From contig NC_009664.2 in assembly GCF_000017305.1 (NCBI RefSeq), forward strand, positions 4,500,001-4,532,000: a DNA stretch of 32,000 bases, given 5' to 3'. Every line of letters starts with the position of its first letter. The stretch's first letter is position 1. The notes below the pieces were generated by a model. That model saw only the letters and a list, made by a program, of their open reading frames with translations, was not told where the DNA came from and searched no databases. The DNA comes from Kineococcus radiotolerans SRS30216 = ATCC BAA-149 (GTDB lineage Bacteria > Actinomycetota > Actinomycetes > Actinomycetales > Kineococcaceae). The position numbers were made by a program, and so were the translations under genes. Of this stretch, positions 1-7,771 are shown piece by piece.

Positions 1-2
1 CG

Positions 3-362
3 GACACGGCTCCACTGGTGCATCTGACGAACGCGCTGGTCCGGGGGTGGCCGCGTGGACGCAGGCTGGACTTCGTGCATCTGCCCATGTCGGGTGGGAA
101 CCGGCCACCGCCGCTGGATCCGGGGTTCTACGCGCCGCTGCATGGGTTGAGGGAGACGATGCCGGTGGAGACGGAGTTGATCGCTGGTCTCGCCCATGAG
201 GAGCAAACGCTCACTGACCAGATCCAAGTGTTGCAGCTGGTCGAAGACACTCTCGACCGCACGGTCGACGTGGCGACGTCTTGTGGTCTGGGGCGGCGCT
301 TACCGCTCGAGGCCGACGCCGCGGTGCGCAGGACGCTGGAGCTGCTCCAGCCCACATCGTGA
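3..362 (+). CDS. hypothetical protein, C-terminal part (frame is open to the left window edge)
   Basis: The frame has no stop from position 3 to the TGA at 360-362. Third positions are G/C-rich, as in the recognisable genes. I recognise no domain or motif. Confidence 0.3.
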   Translation, partial: DTAPLVHLTNALVRGWPRGRRLDFVHLPMSGGNRPPPLDPGFYAPLHGLRETMPVETELIAGLAHEEQTLTDQIQVLQLVEDTLDRTVDVATSCGLGRRLPLEADAAVRRTLELLQPTS

Positions 363-654
363 GGGGCGCAGGCACCTGACCTCCTGTGTGGGCGCTGTCG
401 AGCGCCAGCAGGTGATCTTGCCGAAGCAGCCGGTGGGCCGTCACCTCACTCGCCTCTCGCGCCTCCTTCGTCGTGGACGACGAGGTGCGGGAAGCGCGGG
501 CCAGCCCCGGTCGTCCCTGGTCGCAAGTGAACCAGGGCAGAAGGCGGCGACGTCGCGCTCGGGGATGTTCATGGCTGACCCTGCTTGAAGAGGACCGGCA
601 CCCGTTCTCCCGCGAGCGGGAGGTGCCCCCAGCCACTGCGACGGGGTTCGCATC

Positions 655-960
655 GGCGGCGAGGCGATGAGCAGGAACTATCCGCAGATCCGTCGAGCCG
701 GGAGAGTCGCGAGACATCCCGCGGCATCGGCTGCCTCCTCAGGGCAGCCCATGCGTTGGCTCCAGGTTCCATGGCGTCTCGCCCCACCTCCTCAAGGCAG
801 ATGTCCACCATCGGCGCTGCGTCGGCGCTGCGTCGACGCTGTGTCGTGGAGTGGGCCCTCAACCACCTGGGGCGGGGGCGTGCTTTCGCCACCTGCTGCG
901 ACGAGTGCACCCGTCACCACTGCGCGAGGCTGGTGCCGGCCTCACTGTTGATGTGGCTGA
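655..960 (-). pseudogene. degenerate short-chain dehydrogenase/reductase (SDR) remnant
   Basis: Minus-strand translation of ~655-755 reads 'RMGCPEEAADAAGCLATLPARRICG*FLLIASPP'. This parallels the SDR C-terminus seen intact in this window at 2725-2826 ('GTPEDAADAAEYLASPLARWVSGQSLLIAGG') but contains an in-frame TAG (678-680). Upstream, 'SHINSEAGTSLAQW*' (917-958) resembles the SDR 'NISS.AG' region, but only in another frame. Confidence 0.4.
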
Positions 961-1097
961 GGTGAAGATGCGTCAGGTATGGCCCGGGGGTCCTGGGTAT
1001 CCACGGACTGACAGGCCGTGGCAGCCCGTCGGCGGGACGGGCAGTGTCGTTTTCACCGGACGAGCGTCCGGAGAAGCATCACCACCTGGAGCAGACA

Positions 1098-2078
1098 ATG
1101 CCTCGTACCCGTCCCGACATCAATGTTCCCGCCCTCGTCGGTCGCCACGCCGTGGTCACCGGTGCCAGTGATGGCGTGGGCCTGGCTCTGGCCACCCGGC
1201 TGGCCGCCGCCGGTGCGGACCTCACCCTCCCGGTTCGCAATCAGGTCAAGGGCCGGGCTGCGCTGGCGGCGATCCGCCGAGCGGTGCCCGGCGCACGGGT
1301 GGTGATGGCCGATCTTGACCTGTCCTCCCTCGCCTCGGTCGCCGCCTTCGGGGCCCGGATGCAGGAGGAAGGCAAGGCCATCCATCTGCTCGTCAACAAC
1401 GCGGGGGTCATGACCCCGCCGCAGCGTCAGTCGACCGTCGACGGCTTCGAGTTGCAGTTCGGCACCAACCACCTCGGCCACGTCGCCCTGGTGGCCCACC
1501 TGCTTCCCCTGCTGCGGGCTGGGCGGGCCCGGGTCACCTCCCAGGTCAGCGTGGCCGCGCGTTCGGGACGCGTGAACTTCGAGGACCCGAACTGGCGCGA
1601 CGCCTACCACGGCATGAAGGCCTACAGCTCCTCCATGATCGCTTTCGGTCTGTTCGGGCTCGAGTTGGAGCGCCGCAGCCGCGCTCAGGGCTGGGGCATC
1701 ACCAGCAACCTGTCCCACCCCGGCATCGCCCCCACCAGCCTGCTCGCCGCCCGCCCCGAGGTCGGTCGCTCCGCTGACACCACCCAGGTCCGCCGCATCC
1801 GCACCTTGTCGCGCTGGGGGCTGGTCGGGACGGTGGAGACCGCTCTGCTGCCCGCTCTGATGGCCGCCACCTCGCAGGAGTCCGAGGGAGGCAAGCTGTA
1901 CGGGCCTCGTGGCCCGGGCCACCTGAGCGGCGGCCCGAGCGAGCAGAAGCTGTACCGACCCCTGCGCAGCACCGCCGACGCCGCCCACGTCTGGGAAATC
2001 TCCGAAGCACTCACGGGAGTGTCCTTCCCGAGGAGTGCCGCCGATGTGCTCCTCGCGGGACAGGAGAAGGCGTCGTGA
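1098..2078 (+). CDS. SDR-family oxidoreductase (retinol-dehydrogenase/WWOX-like subgroup) with catalytic Lys replaced by Met
   Basis: Rossmann motif '[12 protein letters not shown]' and an 'NNAG' motif are present. The active-site region '[12 protein letters not shown]' aligns with the canonical 'AY..SKLAN.LF', so YxxxK reads YxxxM (Tyr codon 1623-1625, ATG at 1635-1637). The ATG at 1098 is preferred over the ORF-track start at 1044. The stop overlaps the next gene's GTG (GTGA at 2075-2078). Confidence 0.8.
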   Translation: MPRTRPDINVPALVGRHAVVTGASDGVGLALATRLAAAGADLTLPVRNQVKGRAALAAIRRAVPGARVVMADLDLSSLASVAAFGARMQEEGKAIHLLVNNAGVMTPPQRQSTVDGFELQFGTNHLGHVALVAHLLPLLRAGRARVTSQVSVAARSGRVNFEDPNWRDAYHGMKAYSSSMIAFGLFGLELERRSRAQGWGITSNLSHPGIAPTSLLAARPEVGRSADTTQVRRIRTLSRWGLVGTVETALLPALMAATSQESEGGKLYGPRGPGHLSGGPSEQKLYRPLRSTADAAHVWEISEALTGVSFPRSAADVLLAGQEKAS

Positions 2079-2829
2079 GCGACCTCAGCGGTCAAACCGC
2101 TCTGGTCACCGGGGCCGCGCGCGGGATCGGGCGGGCCATCGCGGTGCGCTACGCCTCCCTGGGAGCGCAGGTCGTGGTGAACTACCACGCCGACGCCGCC
2201 GCGGCCCACGCCACGGTCGCGCAGATCGAGGCCTCGGGCGGGCGGGCCGTCGCGGTGCAGGGCGACGTGGCGGTGACCGCTGACCTGGACCGGTTGTTCG
2301 CCACGACGCTCGAGCACTACGGTCGCCTCGACGTCGTGGTCGCCAACGCCGGGCGCGAAGTCATCAGCCAGCCCGTGATCGACGTCGCCGATGCGGACTT
2401 CGACGCCCTGGTGGCGGTCAACGTGCGTGGAGCGTTCTTCACGCTGCAGCGGGGTGCGAAGCTCGTGGCCTACGGGGGCCGGCTCATCTACATCGGTTCC
2501 AGCACCACGGTCAGCCCTCACCCGGGTACGGGTCTGTACTCCGCCTCGAAGGTATTCGCCCAGCAGCTGGTCCGGGTCTTGGCCATGGAGCTCGGAGCCC
2601 GTGATGTCACGGTGAACACCATCCTGCCGACGGCGACAGCCGGCGCTGGGGTGTTCACCGACGTCGTCGAGGGTGATGAGTTCCACCGGGTTACGCCACG
2701 ATCCGGCCCTTGGGTGGACGCGGAGGCACCCCTGAGGACGCAGCCGATGCCGCGGAGTACCTCGCGAGTCCGCTGGCTCGATGGGTCAGTGGACAGTCCC
2801 TGCTCATCGCCGGAGGGGCGGTGCAGTGA
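2075..2829 (+). pseudogene. FabG-like SDR oxidoreductase with an apparent frameshift near 2677-2700 (or a sequencing error)
   Basis: 'TGAARGIGRAIA', 'NAG' and 'YSASK' are all present. After '...VVEGDEFHR' the ORF-track frame becomes non-SDR sequence running to 2857. The adjacent frame (codons from 2701) reads 'IRPLGGRGGTPEDAADAAEYLASPLARWVSGQSLLIAGGAVQ*', a textbook SDR C-terminus ending at the TGA at 2827-2829. Confidence 0.7.
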
Positions 2830-2888
2830 GAGGGCTGGTCCCCTTCACGTGTCGTGAGGGCAGTCGCAATGAATGATCAGGAGAACAT

Positions 2889-3318
2889 CTAGGCTGCAGC
2901 ATCGGTCAGAATGCACTGCTTCGAGCCTGCTTGACCTCTGTCAGCCAAATCTTCGCCGGTCAGCGCGCCCCGTTTCTCGCGCGGCGCTGGCGGAGTCCAC
3001 GACGACGCGGGAGAAGTCAATGGCCCCTTGCGCCGAGGCGCTTCAGTGCGGCCCGGTGCAGCCGCGGTCACAGCCCCGCCTCGGTCCAGGCGCGGGAGCA
3101 ACGGTGGGCGGTGGCCTTGGACACTTCCAAGGACGCCGCCGGCAGGTGAGCCAGGTGCTGCCCGTGGTCAAGACGTAGCCGATCGCGGCCAGCACCGTTC
3201 GTTCGTCGCGGTGCTGGGTGTCGCCTCCTCGCCGACGTTGCTGCTGGGGCGGGATCGAGGGCTGGGCGATCTGCCGCAGATGGGCGGCCACCATTTGGGC
3301 GATCAGCCGCTCATCCAC
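2889..3318 (-). pseudogene. IS5-family (IS427/IS1031-like) transposase N-terminal stub with multiple frameshifts
   Basis: '...RRRGGDTQHRDERTVLAAIGYVLTTGSTW' matches the conserved 'R..DDR.VLNGI.YVLRTG..W' N-terminal region. The continuation appears only in shifted frames ('LLPRLDRGGAVTAA...', 'IDFSRVVVDSASAA', 'KRGALTGEDLADRGQAGSKQCILTD'). It stops before the DDE catalytic domain. Confidence 0.6.
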
Positions 3319-3400
3319 GCTTTGGTGACGTCTGGACAGTCAGCGCAGTCCACATCAGACATGGCCTTATCCAACAAGAACTCGAAGGGGCTTTTAGCAG

Positions 3401-4804
3401 ATGAACCAATTCGATCCGTCCGCATACCGCGCTTCGGTCAGTGATGACTCATTGGCCGCCTCCGAGCCGGCTGATGTACATTCGGGGTTCTCGGTGCAGC
3501 AGGACGGCGCGCCGCTGCGCCCTTTGGGTGCGTTCGAGCAGGTTTTTCACCTGTACGCCCAGCGCTACCCTGTTCACTTCAGCCTGACCGCTCACCTGGC
3601 GTATGTCGTGGGCGAGGACGACGTTCGTCGCGCGACTGCCGTGCTGCAGCGGGTACACCCGCTACTGGCGGCGACCATCACCGACGACGTGGTCGAGGGC
3701 TGCTACCAAGCTTACTACCAACACAGCAGAGCAGTGGTGTCGGTCACCACCGTGGCGGGGGCCACCTGGGAGGACGTAGTTGCTCAGGAACAGGCCCGCC
3801 CGTTCACGCATGAGGCGGGGCCGCTGTGGCGCGTGACGTTGTGCGCGCCGCCTGCTGGAACGGTGGTAGAGGAAAGTAGCTCCGGCACCACGCTTGTTCT
3901 GACTCTGGATCACCGCATCGCCGACGGTCGCTCGGGCCTGCGTGTCCTGGCGGACCTGTTGTCCGTTCTGGCTCAGAAGGATCTCCCGGCCAGAGCTGTT
4001 GTTCCTAGTCAAGACGATTTGCTCGCTGCCGTGGGTGAGGGCCGTGACGAACTCGAGCAAGACTCGACAGAGGGGCAGTTGTCGGAACTGTCCGCGCCTG
4101 CGGGCGCGCCGGTCCTCCTGCGCATCTACGACAACAGCCCGCCCTCGGTCTCTTCGCTGATGTTGAGCGTGGAAGCGACACAGCAATTGCGCCGCGCCTG
4201 TCGCGACCGCGGAACGACAGTGCACAGCGCCCTGGGGGCAGCGCTGAGCGTCGCGCTGGCGGCGGCCGGGCGTGATCCGGCAAGAATTGTTCATCCGACG
4301 GATTTGCGGGGACTATTCAATCTTGGCGACGCTGTCGGCTTGTGCATCAGTCCTGCGCCCGCGGTGACCTCCTTCGCCGGGGCGGCGGATCGAGGGGTGG
4401 TTGAGTTGGCAGGCGCCATCAACGACCAGTTGAACGTGGCCCGGCGACCCGTTGTGGTCCTGGCTGCCGCCAAGATGTTGGAGGATCACCTGGCCAGTAC
4501 CCCCGACGAGGCGGTGGCTGGCATGCTGGCGATGACCAGGGTTGATGCGATGCTCACCAACCTTGGGATCGTGGAGCTGAAAGAAATCACAATGAATGAT
4601 GTGATTGATCGTGAAGGGGTGAACTTCCTGCCCGTGATCAGTCTGCGGGCCCTGGCCATGAGTACGGGGATCAGCGGAGAGCAAGTGGTAGGAGCACTGA
4701 CTTACCGTGGTCAGCTGCAGCTGACGAACACATCCCACGAACCTGTGCCCGGACTCCTGGAGCGAGTGGCGCAGGAGCTACACGTGTTCGCGTTGTCCGC
4801 TTAG
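3401..4804 (+). CDS. stand-alone condensation-domain acyltransferase (PapA5 / phthiocerol dimycocerosyl-transferase-like family)
   Basis: The 467-aa ORF carries the condensation/acyltransferase catalytic motif HxxxDG as 'LDHRIADGRSG'. The N-terminal 'RPLGAFEQVF' is typical of PapA-type proteins. G+C is noticeably lower, with more A/T-ending codons than its neighbours. Confidence 0.65.
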   Translation: MNQFDPSAYRASVSDDSLAASEPADVHSGFSVQQDGAPLRPLGAFEQVFHLYAQRYPVHFSLTAHLAYVVGEDDVRRATAVLQRVHPLLAATITDDVVEGCYQAYYQHSRAVVSVTTVAGATWEDVVAQEQARPFTHEAGPLWRVTLCAPPAGTVVEESSSGTTLVLTLDHRIADGRSGLRVLADLLSVLAQKDLPARAVVPSQDDLLAAVGEGRDELEQDSTEGQLSELSAPAGAPVLLRIYDNSPPSVSSLMLSVEATQQLRRACRDRGTTVHSALGAALSVALAAAGRDPARIVHPTDLRGLFNLGDAVGLCISPAPAVTSFAGAADRGVVELAGAINDQLNVARRPVVVLAAAKMLEDHLASTPDEAVAGMLAMTRVDAMLTNLGIVELKEITMNDVIDREGVNFLPVISLRALAMSTGISGEQVVGALTYRGQLQLTNTSHEPVPGLLERVAQELHVFALSA

Positions 4805-4816
4805 CGACCGACTCGA

Positions 4817-6291
4817 CTAATAGTACTTCGTTAGGTCGGCACGAGGGGTCGGTCCCGAACGGGTTGTCTGCAGACGGTGCAGGTGCCGGTCCAGGCGGCC
4901 AGCAACTGCTGGAGCAGGCGCAGCACGGCGTAGGTGCTCAAGCTGCGCCACGCGCTTTCGGGTCGGCGCGCAGCAGGGTGCAGAAGAGGTGTGCGGCGGT
5001 GACGAGGGTGACGTGGCGGTGCTAGCCGGTAAAGCTGCGGCCCTCGAAGTGGTCCAGGCCAAGGCCGGTCTTGAGTTCGCGGTAGTCGCGCTCGATGCGC
5101 CAGCGGATCTTGCCCAGGCGGACCAGTTCGGGCGGGGCGGTGTCGGCGGGCAGGTTGGAGAGCCAGTACTTTCCCCCGCACGCGGGAGGTGCCCCCTCCG
5201 GCTCGTCCGCTTCCTGCGGCCAGTCCGCGATCAGCCACTGCTCGGGCAGGGACCCGTCCTCGGTCAGTCGGGCGGTGTGCTTGCGCCCGGCCGGACGAAT
5301 GCGGATTGCGAGGAACCGCGAGGTGAGCTGGTCGCGGGAACCGGCCCGCCAGGTGACCTCCTGCGCGTTCTCCCTACCTGCTGTTAGGGCGTGCTGGCAC
5401 AAACTCATCGGCGCGTCGCGGTAGCGCGGCTTGCCGCGCGGGCCGGCGCCGAGGTACTCGCGCAGCTCAGGAACAGCGTCGGCGGGGTGCGCACTCAGGT
5501 CGGATTCGACCTGCACGATCCAGGACAGTCCCCACTCAGTGAGGGCGTCGCGGAAGTGAGCGTTGTTGCCGTAGCCGGCGTCAGTGGCGATCACCGGTGG
5601 ACACAGACCCCACTCGGCGAGTTCGTCGAGCATCTCCAGCGCCAGGCGCCACTTCGGCTGATGACCCAGCTCGTCGGGGATCCCCGCCCGTTTGCGCTGC
5701 AACCGCACGGTGTCGAGCCTGCGTTGGTCTCTGCCCCATCCAAGCTCTCGTCCAGAGTGCTCTCGACTGCGGCGGTATCCTAGCTGCCGGGCAGGAACAG
5801 CTGCCAGTCCAGCGGGCAAGAGGCGGTGTGGGTGACGGCGTGGACGCTGACGCCGATCTGGCAGTTGCCTACCTTGCCGAGGGTTCCGGAGTACTGCCGG
5901 GCGACCCGGGCGAGGCTTTGCCGTCCTTGGGGAAGCCAGTGTCGTCGATGACCCACGCGACCGGTTCGATCACCTCTACCGCCTTGCCTGCGATGCGAGA
6001 ACGCACCGCGCTGACGTCCCAGGTCGAGGAGGACACGAACTGCTGCAGGTCCTGGTGGTCCACCCCGAGGCGTTCGGCCTTCGGCTGCATCGACTTGCGG
6101 GTTCCGTCCAGCAGCAGCCCGCGCAGGTAGGTTTGGCCTTTGGCTCGCTGATCGGCTCGGGTCAGCGGCGCGAAGACGTCCGCGGCGAAGTCCTCCAGCT
6201 GCTCGCGCACGCCCTCGAGGTCCTCAGGAGTCACCGCGACAGCGCACCACGCGACGACCACCCTTGGTAAGACCTAACAAAGCACTACTAG
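4817..6291 (-). mobile_element. degenerate IS701-family insertion sequence
   Basis: Terminal inverted repeats are CTAATAGTACTTCGTTAGGTC (4817-4837) and the reverse complement of 6271-6291, CTAGTAGTGCTTTGTTAGGTC (18/21 identical). They enclose an IS701-like transposase reading frame. I could not recognise a target-site duplication. Confidence 0.7.
4938..6261 (-). pseudogene. IS701-family transposase, disrupted by frameshifts and two TAG stops
   Basis: The conserved blocks lie in different frames: N-terminal 'YLRGLLLDGTRKSMQPKAERLG...VIDDTGFPKDGKASPG', then 'VARQYSGTLGKVGNCQIGVSVH' and 'GIPDELGHQPKWRLALEMLDEL...IATDAGYG'. 'RWRIERDYRELKTGLGLDHFEGRSFTG*HRHVTLVTAAH' has a TAG (5022-5024) where the family has Trp. 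A second TAG at 5779-5781 sits in 'LPGS*D'. Confidence 0.75.
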
Positions 6292-6543
6292 GTGATCCCG
6301 TACCCACCTCGTGACGGCCGTGCCGATCCACGTGCTCAAGGGGGCGCCGACCAGGACGCTGACGACGGCCATCACCGCCGCCTGGCGCCACTCCGGTGCT
6401 TCGAACGGCCAGCCGATGCCGTCTAGCACCCCGAAGGCCAACACGGCGCCGGTCAGGAGGACAGCAACGTGGAGCAGCTGCCCTAGGGTTCTCCCGGGGC
6501 GGGGCGTCGAAGAGTCGCGGCGGGGCTGTGACACGCGGGTCAC
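6274..6543 (-). CDS. small membrane protein (two predicted TM segments), C-terminus supplied by the IS end
   Basis: Two hydrophobic stretches are present ('LLHVAVLLTGAVLAFGVL', 'AAVMAVVSVLVGAPL'), and codon bias is G/C-rich at third positions. The last residues 'DHLVVLC*' and the stop are encoded inside the IS right inverted repeat (6271-6291), so the native 3' end has probably been lost. Confidence 0.4.
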   Translation of the reverse strand: MTRVSQPRRDSSTPRPGRTLGQLLHVAVLLTGAVLAFGVLDGIGWPFEAPEWRQAAVMAVVSVLVGAPLSTWIGTAVTRWVRDHLVVLC

Positions 6544-6762
6544 TGTGCCTGCTGTGGTGCTCCCATGGCCGCGACTCTGCCGGCGGCTGCGCCATCTGGC
6601 TGGGGCCTGAGTGATCGAGGCGTCCAGGGCATGACGACGAGGCCGCGGACGGGCAGGATGGCCGTGACATCGCCCCTATCCGCGGAACGGCCGTGACGTC
6701 ACGCGCAGCGCGGAGGGCTGAGGAGTCGCCGCTTTCTCCTGGTCGCACGGCAGACTGGCCAG

Positions 6763-7071
6763 GTGAGCAACGCGCTGGCGGTCGAGGTTCTGCTGCGCCT
6801 TGTGCGGGTGATGGAGGCCGCTGAGGCAGCTGAGCGCGCCCACGAGCAGGCACGTGAGGCTGAGCTGATGGCCACGACAGCGTGGCGCGGGGAGAAGGCC
6901 CGGACGGCGGCGGCCGCCGCGCAGGAGCAGGTGATGTCCTGTCAGGACGAGATCGGTCGAGCTCGAGCGGACGTGCTCTGGCAGCTGGGGCAGCACAACG
7001 AGGACTGGTCGAGCTGGTTGAGGAAGCACACCAGTCTCGACGGTGCGCCACCTGCTTCCGGAGCAGCCTGA
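6763..7071 (+). CDS. hypothetical protein (Ala/Glu-rich, probably helical)
   Basis: The ORF has acceptable G/C third-position bias and no recognisable motif. The overlapping 306-aa minus-strand ORF is Pro/Arg/Ser-rich junk typical of a wrong frame. Confidence 0.3.
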   Translation: MSNALAVEVLLRLVRVMEAAEAAERAHEQAREAELMATTAWRGEKARTAAAAAQEQVMSCQDEIGRARADVLWQLGQHNEDWSSWLRKHTSLDGAPPASGAA

Positions 7072-7173
7072 GGCACCGCGGGAAGCTGAGCCATCGACGC
7101 GCACCCAGGGCGGGATGACCGTGAGATCGCCGGAGGGCGATCAAGCTGGCTGGAGCACTCCTGGGAGGATGAA

Positions 7174-7281
7174 GTGGGCGGTCATGGCGGGTCCATCCCG
7201 GGTTGGCTGGGGTTCGTGCTGGTGGCCCTCGTCGTCGTGGTGGGCGTCCTGATCGAACGGTCTCGCCGCCGTGGGAAGTAG
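7174..7281 (+). CDS. candidate 35-aa single-pass membrane peptide (below the ORF-track size cut-off)
   Basis: GGAGG at 7165-7169 is followed 4 nt later by GTG at 7174. Translation is 'VGGHGGSIPGWLGFVLVALVVVVGVLIERSRRRGK*', a hydrophobic core with a basic tail. Confidence 0.35.
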   Translation: MGGHGGSIPGWLGFVLVALVVVVGVLIERSRRRGK

Positions 7282-7480
7282 GGCACCCTTGACCTTGGTC
7301 ACGCTGCGGCTTGATGACTCCGGTCTGCGTAGACGGCGCGATGACCGTGCGTATGCCCGACCCGCCTCAAGCGGTGCGGTGCGAAGCCGTGAAGATGAAT
7401 GCCATGATCCTCGCGCAGGCCGTCCTCGACGTCCGACCTGGCCGAGTTGGTGACTTCGAGGTGGCCTTCTTCCAGGCCAA

Positions 7481-7605
7481 TCGACTGCCCGCTGATCGAC
7501 TGCCCGCTGATCGACTGCCCGCTGATCGACTGCCCGCTGATCGACTGCCCGCTGATCGACTGCCCGCTGATCGACTGCCCGCTGATCGACTGCCCGCCTA
7601 TCGAC
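7481..7605. repeat. 15-bp tandem repeat TCGACTGCCCGCTGA, 7 perfect copies, 1 variant and a partial copy
   Basis: Direct reading gives copies starting at 7481, 7496, 7511, 7526, 7541, 7556 and 7571. A variant copy (TCGACTGCCCGCCTA) starts at 7586 and a partial copy at 7601. Confidence 0.95.
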
Positions 7606-7771
7606 CGCTTGTGTGACGGGTGGGCTGGCTACGGGCAGGCAAACGAAGGCGAGAAGTTTCCTCGTGTCGACGTGGCGGTGACGAGGTGGCGGGCAATCGA
7701 CTGCGGCGGCAACCGTCGCCTCACGATCGGCTCCTGCTGACTCCGGACCAGGGGGAGTGGCGTGCGCGTGT

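Noticed and set aside
6224-7144. A 306-aa minus-strand ORF across the 6.2-7.1 kb patch.
   Set aside because: It is extremely Pro/Arg/Ser/Ala-rich, typical of wrong-frame translation. It overlaps the IS end and two more plausible ORFs. I found no motif.
7481-7605. The tandem arrays (also 11418-11502, 21683-21742 and 27123-27254) considered as possible CRISPR arrays.
   Set aside because: The repeats are directly abutting, with no unique spacers. The units are only 12-17 bp, and there are no cas genes in the window. They are minisatellite-type tandem repeats.
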